A DNA stretch of 40,944 nt from Neisseriaceae bacterium (GTDB taxonomy: Bacteria > Pseudomonadota > Gammaproteobacteria > Burkholderiales > Neisseriaceae): contig JAFSQZ010000195.1 of NCBI GenBank assembly GCA_017446355.1, positions 1 through 40,944 on the forward strand. Direction: 5' to 3'. This document shows positions 9,853-19,405 of the stretch, in pieces. The notes under the pieces are model-generated. The model was not told where the DNA came from. It saw nothing but the letters and a program-made list of their open reading frames with translations, and made no database searches. The position numbers and the translations under genes were made by a program. How positions within the stretch are numbered: the stretch's first letter is position 1; every line of letters begins with the position of its first letter.

Positions 9853-10311
9853 ATGGATTTACGTAAAATTCAAAAACTGATTGAGTATGTTGAATGTTCC
9901 AGTATTGCTGAATTGGAAGTAACCGAAGGCGAAAGCAAAATTCGTATTGCACGCACCAGCGCACCCATTGCTGCACCTACGGTTTACGCATCTCCTGTTG
10001 TTGCACCTGTGAATGCGCCTATTGAACCAGCACCTGCCGCAGCATCTTCACCTACTGCACCTGCTCAACGCGACTTATCTAATGCACAAAAATCACCTAT
10101 GGTGGGTACTTTTTATCGCTCACCTAGCCCCAGCTCACCAGCTTTTGTTGAAGTCGGTCAAAGCGTAAAAGAAGGCGACACTTTGTGCATTATTGAAGCA
10201 ATGAAATTAATGAACGAAATTGAAGCTGAACGCTCTGGCGTAGTAAAAGAAATTTTGGTAGAAAATGGCACACCTGTTGAATTTGGTGAACCTTTATTTA
10301 TTATTGAATAA
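9853..10311 (+). CDS. accB: Acetyl-CoA carboxylase biotin carboxyl carrier protein
   Basis: 152-aa ORF with an Ala/Pro-rich linker and the biotinylation motif [13 protein letters not shown]. Confidence 0.93.
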   Translation: MDLRKIQKLIEYVECSSIAELEVTEGESKIRIARTSAPIAAPTVYASPVVAPVNAPIEPAPAAASSPTAPAQRDLSNAQKSPMVGTFYRSPSPSSPAFVEVGQSVKEGDTLCIIEAMKLMNEIEAERSGVVKEILVENGTPVEFGEPLFIIE

Positions 10312-10360
10312 ACGTTTTTCAATAAAATTTCAATCAAGTAACACAAGTTGTTTATTCATT

Positions 10361-10375
10361 TTCAGGCTGCCTGAA
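10361..10375. repeat. DUS 15-mer TTCAGGCTGCCTGAA
   Basis: Exact match, in the accB-accC spacer. Confidence 0.9.
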
Positions 10376-10400
10376 AAGATGTTCAACGGAATGATTATCC

Positions 10401-11777
10401 ATGTTAAAAAAATTAAAAAAAGTTTTGATTGCCAACCGTGGTGAAATCGCATTGCGTGTATTACGTGCTTGTCGTGAAATGGGTATCGCCACTGTGGCGG
10501 TACACTCTGAAGCCGATAAAGACAGTTTACACGTTAAATTAGCTGATGAAAGTGTGTGCATTGGTCCTGCTGCTTCGGCAGCAAGTTATCTAAACATTCC
10601 TGCGATTATTGCTGCGGCGGAAGTAACTCGCGCCGAAGCCATTCACCCAGGTTATGGTTTCTTGGCAGAAAACGCAAATTTTGCCGAGCAAGTGGAACAA
10701 TCGGGTTTCGTGTTTATTGGTCCACGCGCCGACACCATTCGTTTAATGGGCGACAAAGTTTCTGCTAAAAAAGCAATGATTGAAGCAGGTGTACCTTGTG
10801 TACCAGGTTCTGACGGTGCGCTGCCTGAAGAACCAGAAGAAATTGTTAAAATTGCTAAAAAAGTAGGTTTCCCTGTAATTATTAAAGCTTCTGGTGGCGG
10901 CGGCGGTCGTGGTATGCGCGTGGTAGAACAACCAGAAGAATTGCTTAAAGCCGTAGAAATGACCAAAGCAGAAGCAGAAGCAGCTTTTGGTAATCCTATG
11001 GTCTATATGGAACGTTATTTACAACGTCCACGCCATGTAGAAATTCAAGTATTAGCCGATGAACACGGCAATGCAATTTACTTGGGTGAACGCGATTGCT
11101 CTATGCAGCGTCGTCATCAAAAAATCATTGAAGAAGCCCCAGCCCCATTTGTCAGTGCAAAAGAACGTGCAAAAATTGGTGAAGCCTGCGTAGCTGCCTG
11201 TAAACGCATTGGTTATCGCGGTGCAGGAACATTTGAATTTTTGTATGAAAACGGCGAATTTTTCTTCATTGAAATGAACACACGCGTACAAGTAGAACAC
11301 CCCATTACCGAATTAGTATCAGGCGTGGATATTGTTCAGGAACAATTGCGCATCGCAGCAGGCTTGCCTTTACAATACCAACAAAAAGACATTGTATTAA
11401 AAGGACATGCCTTTGAATGTCGCATCAATGCAGAAGATCCATATAGTTTCATACCCAGCCCTGGCGTGATTGATTCTTGTCATTTACCAGGTGGTTTAGG
11501 TGTTCGCGTAGACAGCCATATTTATCAAGGTTACCGTATTCCACCAAACTACGACAGTTTAATCGGTAAAATCTGTGTAAAAGGCAATACACGTGAAGCA
11601 GCAGTTGCCAAAATGTTGGTAGCATTAAACGAGCTAACCATCACAGGCATCAAAACCAACACGCCTTTACACATAGAATTATTTAATGATGAAGGTTTTG
11701 TTAAAGGTGGCACAAGTATTCACTACTTGGAACACTGGCTTGCCAAGCGCAAAGAAGCGCAACAAGGCAAAAAATAA
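10401..11777 (+). CDS. accC: Acetyl-CoA carboxylase biotin carboxylase subunit
   Basis: 458-aa ORF with ATP-grasp motifs [14 protein letters not shown] and [14 protein letters not shown]. It follows accB. Confidence 0.95.
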   Translation: MLKKLKKVLIANRGEIALRVLRACREMGIATVAVHSEADKDSLHVKLADESVCIGPAASAASYLNIPAIIAAAEVTRAEAIHPGYGFLAENANFAEQVEQSGFVFIGPRADTIRLMGDKVSAKKAMIEAGVPCVPGSDGALPEEPEEIVKIAKKVGFPVIIKASGGGGGRGMRVVEQPEELLKAVEMTKAEAEAAFGNPMVYMERYLQRPRHVEIQVLADEHGNAIYLGERDCSMQRRHQKIIEEAPAPFVSAKERAKIGEACVAACKRIGYRGAGTFEFLYENGEFFFIEMNTRVQVEHPITELVSGVDIVQEQLRIAAGLPLQYQQKDIVLKGHAFECRINAEDPYSFIPSPGVIDSCHLPGGLGVRVDSHIYQGYRIPPNYDSLIGKICVKGNTREAAVAKMLVALNELTITGIKTNTPLHIELFNDEGFVKGGTSIHYLEHWLAKRKEAQQGKK

Positions 11778-11796
11778 CAATTAAAAAACCAAATGC

Positions 11797-11831
11797 GCAA
11801 CCCTTTGTTACAAAAAACAAAGGGTTGCTTT
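11797..11831 (+). terminator. Hairpin downstream of accC (possible terminator or attenuating structure before thyA)
   Basis: 12-bp perfect stem GCAACCCTTTGT/ACAAAGGGTTGC with an 8-nt loop, followed by only TTT. The thyA SD starts 7 nt later. Confidence 0.45.
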
Positions 11832-11851
11832 ATCCCAAAGGACAACAAAAT

Positions 11852-12646
11852 ATGCAAGCCTATCTTGACTTAATGCGTGATATTCTAGAAAACGGCGTAG
11901 ACAAATCCGACCGCACAGGCACAGGCACACGCTCGGTTTTTGGACGACAAATGCGCTTTGATTTAGCCAAAGGTTTCCCTTTATTAACCACAAAAAAACT
12001 CCACCTACGTTCCATTATTTACGAATTACTATGGTTTTTAAAAGGCGACACCAACATCAAATATTTACAAGATAATAAAGTTTCCATTTGGGACGAATGG
12101 GCAGACGAAAACGGTGATTTAGGACCTGTTTACGGTTATCAATGGCGTTCTTGGCCAACGCCTGACGGCAAACACATTGACCAAATCAGTCAATTATTGA
12201 CACAAATTCAAAAAAATCCAGACAGTCGCCGCTTAATCGTATCAGCGTGGAATCCAGCTTTAGTGGATCAAATGGCATTACCACCTTGTCATGCACTGTT
12301 TCAATTTTATATAGCCGAAAATAAACTCTCCTGCCAACTCTACCAACGCAGTGCCGACTTATTTTTAGGCGTACCCTTTAATATTGCCAGCTACGCACTT
12401 TTAACCATGATGATTGCACAAGTATGCGATTTACAATTAGGAGAATTTGTTCACACTTTTGGCGATGTCCATCTATACAGCAACCATTTTGAGCAAGCCA
12501 AAGAACAACTTTCACGCACACCAAGAACCTTGCCAACCATGCAACTCAATCCCAAAATTAAAGACTTGTTTGCTTTTGATTTTGACGATTTCCAGTTACA
12601 AAACTACAATCCCCTACCACATATCAAAGCGGCAGTTGCCGTATAA
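11852..12646 (+). CDS. thyA: Thymidylate synthase
   Basis: [15 protein letters not shown]... with [13 protein letters not shown] and the active-site [10 protein letters not shown]. The ATG at 11852 has AAGGA 9 nt upstream. The TTG at 11825 in the ORF track lies inside the upstream hairpin. Confidence 0.93.
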   Translation: MQAYLDLMRDILENGVDKSDRTGTGTRSVFGRQMRFDLAKGFPLLTTKKLHLRSIIYELLWFLKGDTNIKYLQDNKVSIWDEWADENGDLGPVYGYQWRSWPTPDGKHIDQISQLLTQIQKNPDSRRLIVSAWNPALVDQMALPPCHALFQFYIAENKLSCQLYQRSADLFLGVPFNIASYALLTMMIAQVCDLQLGEFVHTFGDVHLYSNHFEQAKEQLSRTPRTLPTMQLNPKIKDLFAFDFDDFQLQNYNPLPHIKAAVAV

Positions 12647-12649
12647 TAT

Positions 12650-12694
12650 TTCAGGCAGCCTGTTTTCACACCCAAGCTGCCTGAATGATTTTTT
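12650..12694 (+). terminator. Rho-independent terminator of thyA built from two DUS halves
   Basis: TTCAGGCAGC (12650-12659) pairs with GCTGCCTGAA (12676-12685) around a 16-nt loop, followed by TGATTTTTT. Confidence 0.7.
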
Positions 12695-12725
12695 AATTCG
12701 TTAATTTTCCCATTTAATAACAAAT

Positions 12726-12740
12726 TTCAGGCAGCCTGAA
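12726..12740. repeat. DUS 15-mer TTCAGGCAGCCTGAA
   Basis: Exact match, downstream of the thyA terminator. Confidence 0.9.
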
Positions 12741-12853
12741 TAGGCAAAAACACAACACTTTAAAAACTCATCTATTTTGCATAACTTATTGATATATAAA
12801 AAACGGAAAAAATAGGCAAAAATTGGCATTTTTACCCCAAAATCCGCCTATTT

Positions 12854-13345
12854 TCAGGCTTTTTGCCTGATTTTAGGCGTAGTAACTCGACCGCTTTTCA
12901 CCAAAAATAGATGCATCGTACCGAAAGTTCGTTCAATCACATAGCGAGTTTGCGTCAATTTTTTGTTGCGTTGTAATTGAGCGTCCGTCAAAGACTTATT
13001 TTTCAGTGTCTTATCCATAATCCCATTGCCCAAACCACGATTTTTTAAGTGATTACGGTTCTCTTTACTACAATAACCCTTATCAAAAACTCCTGCAAAA
13101 CCTACTATTTAAAAATGAAACACCGTAGGTTTGAAAGCCCAATGACCACTTGCCGTATTTCTTCTGCCAACCTACATCTTGGTCTTTGCTCAACGTATTT
13201 AATGACGTTGCCGTCCTTATCTTCTTCTTTTTGTTTTCAGGCTGCCTGAATGCAACTGCTGACGATGATTTTGCTGTTGTATCAGTATTTGTCTTATTTG
13301 CGACATTTTGTTTGCCGTATTTGAGTGGTAAAAATATTTTTGTTT
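12854..13345 (-). pseudogene. IS5-family (IS1106-like) DDE transposase pseudogene, internally deleted and frameshifted
   Basis: Own reverse-strand translation of 13090-12854 reads VFDKGYCSKENRNHLKNRGLGNGIMDKTLKNKSLTDAQLQRNKKLTQTRYVIERTFGTMHL...*. A different frame just upstream reads DVGWQKKYGKWSLGFQTYGVSF, matching the DxxWxKKxGKxxFGYKxH motif. The two motifs are only about 12 codons apart and in different frames. The upper boundary is approximate. Confidence 0.7.
13236..13250. repeat. DUS 15-mer TTCAGGCTGCCTGAA
   Basis: Exact match within the IS5-family pseudogene region. Confidence 0.9.
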
Positions 13346-13606
13346 AATCTGTCTAATAAAGAATATTTTTTACGGTTTCTTTTTTTATATGAAATAGATA
13401 CCACAAGACAAAAGTAATTTTTCACATTCAGGTGCTGGTAAAATTTTATTTAATGTAGTATCTTTCGCTGTTTTGTTGTTTGTATAGCAATAGTTTATGA
13501 TGTTTTATTTAACCAAAAACTTATCCTATTGCTTTTCAGTACTTTTTAAAATATTGCAATTGAACTTTAAAATTACTCCTGCCTGAACAAAATAAAGGAC
13601 TTTTTT

Positions 13607-14632
13607 ATGATTACTCCACAACAAGCCTTGTTGCGTTTAATTGACAACAATGAATTGTTTTATGATGAAATGACTGATTTAATGCGCCAAATTATGCGTG
13701 GAGAAGTGCCACCTGAACAAATTGCAGGCATTTTAGTGGGTTTGCGCATTAAAGTAGAAACCGTATCCGAAATTGCTGCGGCTGCTTCTGTTATGCGTGA
13801 ATTTGCGCTGAAAGTACCCGTAAAAAACACCGATTATTTAGTAGACATTGTTGGTACAGGTGGTGATGGTGCCAAAACCTTTAATATTTCCACCACAGCG
13901 ATGTTTGTTGCAGCGGGTGCAGGTGCAAAAGTTGCTAAACACGGTGGACGTTCGGTATCCTCTGCTTGTGGTGCTGCCGACGTATTAGAAGAAATGGGCG
14001 TAAATTTGCAACAAACACCTGTAAAAATCGCCAATGATATTGAAACATTAGGTGTTGGTTTTATGTTTGCCCAAGCGCATCACCACGCTATGCGCTACGT
14101 TGCACCTGTACGTAAATCTTTAGGTTTTCGCACCGTTTTCAATATTTTAGGACCACTCACCAATCCAGCTGATGCAAACAATCAACTGATTGGCGTTTTC
14201 CATATTGATTTATGCGGCATTTTGTCGCGTGTGTTGCAACAAATGGGTTCAAAACACGCACTGGTTGTACACGGTAGCGATGGACTAGATGAAATCACTG
14301 TTTCAGGCAGCACACGTGTTGCAGAATTAAAAGACAATGAAATTCGTGAATACGATATTCACCCAGAAGAATTTGGTTTACCTGTTTACGAAGATTTAAG
14401 CTGCCTGAAAGTGAATAATGCCAGTGAATCATTGGCAATGGTCAATGGTGTATTGGAAAATCAATTACAAGGCGCAGCGCGTGATATTGTGTTACTCAAT
14501 GCAGCGGCGTGTTTGTATGCCAGCAATTTAGCAAGCAGCCTGAAAGAAGGTTTAGAAATGGCAAACGAAAGTTTAGCCAGTGGCAAAGCCAAAGCAAAAC
14601 AACAAGCCTTTATTGCGGCAACACGTGTTTAA
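13607..14632 (+). CDS. trpD: Anthranilate phosphoribosyltransferase
   Basis: 341-aa ORF with [27 protein letters not shown] and HGSDGLDEI motifs. Confidence 0.93.
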   Translation: MITPQQALLRLIDNNELFYDEMTDLMRQIMRGEVPPEQIAGILVGLRIKVETVSEIAAAASVMREFALKVPVKNTDYLVDIVGTGGDGAKTFNISTTAMFVAAGAGAKVAKHGGRSVSSACGAADVLEEMGVNLQQTPVKIANDIETLGVGFMFAQAHHHAMRYVAPVRKSLGFRTVFNILGPLTNPADANNQLIGVFHIDLCGILSRVLQQMGSKHALVVHGSDGLDEITVSGSTRVAELKDNEIREYDIHPEEFGLPVYEDLSCLKVNNASESLAMVNGVLENQLQGAARDIVLLNAAACLYASNLASSLKEGLEMANESLASGKAKAKQQAFIAATRV

Positions 14633-14740
14633 TCAACAATATTAACTGTTGTAGACTGTTGTAGACTTGTTATCACCAAAGCGTTTCATTATTCATCATA
14701 CTCAACACAAAATAAGCAGAATGCAGAACAAGGAAACGCT

Positions 14741-14755
14741 TTCAGGCAGCCTGAA
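14741..14755. repeat. DUS 15-mer TTCAGGCAGCCTGAA
   Basis: Exact match downstream of trpD, inverted relative to the 12-mer at 14819. Confidence 0.9.
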
Positions 14756-14818
14756 AAAACAATACACAGCACAATAAAGTGTTTTTAAAACACTTGCAAA
14801 ATTCTGCTATATTTTCAC

Positions 14819-14830
14819 AGGCTGCCTGAA
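14819..14830. repeat. DUS 12-mer AGGCTGCCTGAA
   Basis: Exact 12-mer without the TTC extension. Confidence 0.85.
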
Positions 14831-14956
14831 AACCGCTCATCATTTCCTGACCATAAAAAGTGAATTTAAAAATTCCATTTTTAATCAAGCAGATTGCAAA
14901 ATCTTTAACATTAAGTCAAGGCTTGTCATAATGGTGATGAATAAAGTTGCTTATTC

Positions 14957-14984
14957 AAAAAAAATCCCTGCGCAAAGCAGGGGC
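14957..14984 (-). terminator. Rho-independent terminator downstream of gloA
   Basis: The minus strand reads CCCTGC-TTTGC-GCAGGG followed by ATTTTTTTT. It lies about 120 nt after the gloA stop. Confidence 0.7.
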
Positions 14985-15102
14985 AAGAATAAGGAGAGAT
15001 ATGAAATATAAGCATATTCTAATAATATAAACATTATCTGTCAAGTTTCTTTTACGCTTCCTATAAACATTCATATCAATACAGCAAGCAATATTCTTAA
15101 TA

Positions 15103-15504
15103 TCAATAGCTATCCTCACCAGATTTTTTTTGAATAAACTCAATTTTATAGCCATCAGGATCTTCCACAAAAGCAATAACTGTGCTGCCGTGTTTCATCG
15201 GACCTGCTTCACGTACAACTTTTCCACCTTTTGCACGCACAGCATCACAAGCTGCGTAAGCATCATCAACTTCAATAGCAATATGACCGAAAGCATTACC
15301 CAAATCATAAGATTCAGTATCCCAGTTATGGGTTAATTCCAAAACCGTATGTGCATTTTCTTCACCATAACCCACAAATGCCAAAGTAAAACGTCCTTCT
15401 GGATACGCTTTTTGACGCAATAATTTCATTCCCAAAACATCTTGATAAAACGCTAATGATTTTTCCAAATGACCAACACGCAACATAGTATGTAACAAAC
15501 GCAT
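15103..15504 (-). CDS. gloA: Lactoylglutathione lyase (glyoxalase I)
   Basis: [30 protein letters not shown]... is near-colinear with enterobacterial GloA. The tandem ATGATG (15507/15504) follows GGGGAGA, and I chose the second ATG for better SD spacing. Confidence 0.92.
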   Translation of the reverse strand: MRLLHTMLRVGHLEKSLAFYQDVLGMKLLRQKAYPEGRFTLAFVGYGEENAHTVLELTHNWDTESYDLGNAFGHIAIEVDDAYAACDAVRAKGGKVVREAGPMKHGSTVIAFVEDPDGYKIEFIQKKSGEDSY

Positions 15505-16067
15505 CATTCTCCCCTATCTTGTAGAAATTCGTAGCATTATTTACACTTTTTGCCGATTTTTTATTTTGTTTTCCGCTTAAATTGTTTTTAAGCAGTTTAT
15601 GACAAAGTAAAGAACAATGCAGCTTTGCCGTTCCTATCGGCATTCTTGACTATGCAAAAAACTGCTAAATTAGTCTTCAAGCGAAAAACAAGAAGTGTAA
15701 ACAACGCTGGTATTTTCTATATTAAAGCCGTTGCGAAAAACTCACAACGCTACCTGAAAGCATTTCCTTATTAAAAAATTGTGAAAGACACAAATAAACA
15801 TTATTTTCTTTTTCTCAATAAAACTGGAATAGTTTTCAGGCAGAGCAGTATCAAAAAACACTCATTTTTTAACGATTTTTGCTCAAAAAATATCAAAGAT
15901 AATTTTACCCACCAACCCCACTTAAAACCACACCAATCCAAGTATAAACCAAAATCAAACCATATAAAATCAGGTATCAAAGTTGGTGCTAACCCATAAA
16001 TTGTCCTAAAATTGAGTATTGATGTGGATAGCAGTAAACTTTGATATAAAAAGTTTAGGCTACCCAT

Positions 16068-16079
16068 TTCAGGCAGCCT
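16068..16079. repeat. DUS 12-mer (TTCAGGCAGCCT on the plus strand)
   Basis: Exact 12-mer on the minus strand, 7 nt downstream of the ftsZ stop. It is part of a weak hairpin with GGCTACC. Confidence 0.85.
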
Positions 16080-16085
16080 TTTGGT

Positions 16086-17237
16086 TTATTGCTCGTTGCG
16101 ATAATGATCAATAGCAGGCGAATCAAAAGCATCTATAATGGCTTGGTCAGAGAAACTGGCTGCTGTTAAATTGGCACTGCGCGCGCTACGACCAGATCTG
16201 AATACTCTTTCCATATTGCCACTTATATTACCACTAACAGGGGTGAGAATATTGGGCATATTATCATTGGATTGCAAGCCTGTGGCGATAACGACTACTT
16301 GCATTTCATCTTCTGCTAAACGTTCATCTTCACCAAAACCGAATTTGGTAAATGTTTCTTTTTTACCTGAATAGAAAGTGTTGAAAAAAGCACTGATTTC
16401 TGAACGTTCACGCATTTTTAGACTGTTAGGTGCAGTCAGTGTGTAAACAATTAAACCTTTTGCACTGCTTACGTCAGTATTGTCCAATAAAGGATTGGAG
16501 ATAGCTTGTTGAATGGCTTTTTGTGCACGATTACTGCCTTCGGCTTTACCAAACCCCATTAAGGCAATGCCTTTAAATGACATAATGGTGCGAATATCAG
16601 CAAAGTCAACATTCATTGTACCTACGTTGAGCAATACGCTAACAATACCAGATATGCCGTTGCGTAGCGCGTCATTACTTGCACTTAATGCTTCATTAAC
16701 ACTGATATCAGGATCTAACACTTGTGATAATTTAGCATTAGACATCACAATCAGTGCATCAACATAAGGTCTTAATTGCTCAATACCTTCTGCTGCTGTG
16801 TCAAAACGATCAATTTCGTAATCAAAAGGTGTGGCAATAATAGCGATGGTTAAAATTTCTTTTTTATGGGCGATTTCAGCAATAAGCGGAGTTGCGCCTG
16901 TACCTGTACCACCACCAAAACAACTGGTGATAAATAAAAGGTCAGTACCAGAAAGTGCTTCTTCAATTTCGGTTTTGCTTTCTTCTGCCGCTTTGCGTCC
17001 ATCTTCAGGAACCATACCTGCCCCAGTTCCCTTATGACCTAATTGAATTTTTTGGGTGGCATTGTTTTTATCAAGAGATTGAATGTCGGTATTGGCAGCG
17101 ATGTAAGTAATGCCATTGACTGGGGTTCTCATCATATCATTGACCGTGTTGCAGCCTCCACCGCCAACCCCAATAACTTTAATTTGAATGGGCAGTGCTG
17201 ATTCTTGCTGGGTTTTGGTTCGGGTTGTTTTTTCCAT
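16086..17237 (-). CDS. ftsZ: Cell division protein FtsZ (divergent)
   Basis: 383-aa ORF with GVGGGGCN, the tubulin signature GGGTGTG and T7 loop NVDFADIRT, in the canonical position after ftsA. Several other normally conserved motifs are altered (see findings). Confidence 0.9.
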   Translation of the reverse strand: MEKTTRTKTQQESALPIQIKVIGVGGGGCNTVNDMMRTPVNGITYIAANTDIQSLDKNNATQKIQLGHKGTGAGMVPEDGRKAAEESKTEIEEALSGTDLLFITSCFGGGTGTGATPLIAEIAHKKEILTIAIIATPFDYEIDRFDTAAEGIEQLRPYVDALIVMSNAKLSQVLDPDISVNEALSASNDALRNGISGIVSVLLNVGTMNVDFADIRTIMSFKGIALMGFGKAEGSNRAQKAIQQAISNPLLDNTDVSSAKGLIVYTLTAPNSLKMRERSEISAFFNTFYSGKKETFTKFGFGEDERLAEDEMQVVVIATGLQSNDNMPNILTPVSGNISGNMERVFRSGRSARSANLTAASFSDQAIIDAFDSPAIDHYRNEQ

Positions 17238-17297
17238 AGGTAAGTAAACTCCTAGCCCTGAATAATAATGTTGAAAAATAGGTGATGGACAATACTG

Positions 17298-18623
17298 CTA
17301 TAAATGCTCTTCGGTGAAATTAAAAAATTTCTTTACGTAATGCTTAATTATACCTTCTGGTTTCTGTCTAGGTAAAATGATTTGCTGCGGATTGTCTGGA
17401 GATGTCTCTTTTGTCAATACTGTTTCGTGATAGGTTTGAGTTTTTGGAACATTTTCTCTACCCGCACTGATTCCATTTTGTTGAGCGTATTTTTGTGCCG
17501 ACAATAATAAACCTACAGCACTGGCATAACGTGGATCACGAATTTGATCGTTCATACCAACCATTCTTTTGGGTATTCCCACACGTACAGGCAGCTCATC
17601 AAAAGTTTTTTGAGCAAGTTGACAGATACCGTGTAAAAGAGAAGTACCTCCTGTAATAACAATACCAGCACTGAGCATTTCTGGTGTAATTTGGGCGTGT
17701 TCCAATTCGTTGCATACGATGTTAAACAGTTCTTGTACACGTGCTTCAATAACAGTGGCTAACTGGAAGTGAGCGATTTGTCGTGGTGCTTGCTCGCCCA
17801 AGCTGGGTACTTCAATCATATTATCATGTGGAACAGCTTCAGGCAGCACTGAACCATAACGAATTTTAATGTCTTCTGCAGCTTGATAGGTGGTGATGAG
17901 TGCTCTGTGAATATCGCGTGTGATTTGATGACCACCTAGTGGCAAAACTGCTGTGTGGCGAATGGCATCGTTGAAATATACAGCAATATCGGTGGTGCCA
18001 CAGCCAATATCCAATACACATACGCCAAGTTTTTTCTCATCTTCAGTCAAAATAGCATCAGCACTGGCGAGTGCTTGAACTTTAATTTCGTTAATGTCTA
18101 AATGACAAGGATCAACGCAACGACGAATATTACGTTCAGCATTACTTTGCCCTGTGATGATATGAATTTTGGTATCCAAACGTGCGCCATTGATGCCAAT
18201 AGGGTGCCTAATACAATCTACACCATCAATGGAGTATTCTTGGACAACTGTGTGTAAAATTTGGTTTTCAGGCGGCAAACTGATTGCCAAAGCAATTTCT
18301 TTAGAACGATCAACATCAGATTGACTGACTTCACCATCACGAATATTGACTTCACCATGAGCATTTAAACAACGAATATGGTTACCTGAAATACCTGTGC
18401 TAATGCTTAAAATTTTACAATCAGCAATGCGTTCTGCATTACTTAATGCGGTTTGAATGGCTTCTGTGGTTTGATCAATATTGATGATTAAACCTGCGTC
18501 CAAACCTGTTGATGGAGCCTCTCCTAAACCGATTAACTGAATTTGGTCTTCTTTGATTTCACCAATAAGTGCTGTAATTTTTGAGGTACCAATATCTATG
18601 GCACTAATATATTGTTTTGTCAT
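17298..18623 (-). CDS. ftsA: Cell division protein FtsA
   Basis: Actin-fold motifs ISAIDIGTSK and VLDIGCGTTDIAV, with a C-terminal amphipathic segment GIIKHYVKKFFNF. The start is set at MTKQYISAIDIG (18623). An alternative ATG at 18653 overlaps the ftsQ stop. Confidence 0.9.
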   Translation of the reverse strand: MTKQYISAIDIGTSKITALIGEIKEDQIQLIGLGEAPSTGLDAGLIINIDQTTEAIQTALSNAERIADCKILSISTGISGNHIRCLNAHGEVNIRDGEVSQSDVDRSKEIALAISLPPENQILHTVVQEYSIDGVDCIRHPIGINGARLDTKIHIITGQSNAERNIRRCVDPCHLDINEIKVQALASADAILTEDEKKLGVCVLDIGCGTTDIAVYFNDAIRHTAVLPLGGHQITRDIHRALITTYQAAEDIKIRYGSVLPEAVPHDNMIEVPSLGEQAPRQIAHFQLATVIEARVQELFNIVCNELEHAQITPEMLSAGIVITGGTSLLHGICQLAQKTFDELPVRVGIPKRMVGMNDQIRDPRYASAVGLLLSAQKYAQQNGISAGRENVPKTQTYHETVLTKETSPDNPQQIILPRQKPEGIIKHYVKKFFNFTEEHL

Positions 18624-18652
18624 TTTTTTTCCAATGATTTCTAAAATGATCA

Positions 18653-19396
18653 TTAATGGTTTGGTTGGGAAATGAGATTGTTTTTAATGTTTTCTGATGA
18701 TGTTGCTTCATTTAACCAACCAACTGCTGCGCCATTTTTATAGCGCATATCTACGTAATCTATGTTGTGTACTTGTGATTGTAATTCGCTTGCCCATACT
18801 TTAGTAAAATTGGCTAAACGAGTGTGTATATCATTTTTTCCTAAACGCACTTCCACACCATTATCAAGCACAAGTGTCCACGCACCACGAGAGGTGTATT
18901 GTAAGCGTTTAATGCTCAAGTGCAAAGATTTTAGTGTGTTTTGAAACACTTGAAAACTGGTTAACATTTCTTTTAAATATTGTTCTTCTCCGTCTAATTC
19001 AGGCAGCTGTTCATTAAATTGCGCTTGAAAAATTTCTCCTTCTTCTGTTATCAAACCTGCCTGAACATTATCGCGTATCCAACGTGCTTTGGGAGTGTAT
19101 TCGGTAATGTTCACAATGACTTTATTGGGTAAAACTCGCGAAATTTGAGCAGATTGTACCCATTCTTGTTGTTTGGTAATTTCTTCGGCTTTTTGCAAGT
19201 TAATGTTAAAAAAACTGCTGGAAAGCGTTGGCAACAAGGCTTGGTAAATATTTCGCTGATTGGCATGATGAAACACGCCATCTGCAGTGTGAATACTTAC
19301 TTCTGCAATGCGAAAGTACGGCGACTGTGTTAGCCAGTATAACAAACTGGCACACAGTGCAATTAAGCTTACGAAGAAAAAAAGTTTTGCTTTCAT
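18653..19396 (-). CDS. ftsQ: Cell division protein FtsQ
   Basis: 247-aa ORF with a single N-terminal TM helix (FFFVSLIALCASLLYWL) followed by a POTRA-like region, located between ddl and ftsA. Confidence 0.85.
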   Translation of the reverse strand: MKAKLFFFVSLIALCASLLYWLTQSPYFRIAEVSIHTADGVFHHANQRNIYQALLPTLSSSFFNINLQKAEEITKQQEWVQSAQISRVLPNKVIVNITEYTPKARWIRDNVQAGLITEEGEIFQAQFNEQLPELDGEEQYLKEMLTSFQVFQNTLKSLHLSIKRLQYTSRGAWTLVLDNGVEVRLGKNDIHTRLANFTKVWASELQSQVHNIDYVDMRYKNGAAVGWLNEATSSENIKNNLISQPNH

Positions 19397-19405
19397 AAGT
19401 CGTGT

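Noticed and set aside
10652-10966. Long antisense or off-frame ORFs inside accC, clpA, leuC, ftsZ, pgk, murC, pyrD and others (many entries in the ORF track).
   Set aside because: Each is fully nested in a strongly supported conserved gene, with low-complexity or compositionally odd translations.
15001-15030. 9-codon ORF (MKYKHILII) preceded by a strong AAGGAG between the gloA stop and its terminator, on the opposite strand.
   Set aside because: It is too short to evaluate and is antisense to the gloA 3' UTR, so it is likely a chance SD-ATG combination.
15801-16067. 88-aa minus-strand ORF directly after ftsZ, with an overlapping 72-aa plus-strand ORF (15781-15999).
   Set aside because: Both are explained by the A+C versus T+G strand skew, which depletes stop codons. 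The predicted protein is F/L/W/G-rich junk, there is no SD, and the ATG sits inside the DUS hairpin.
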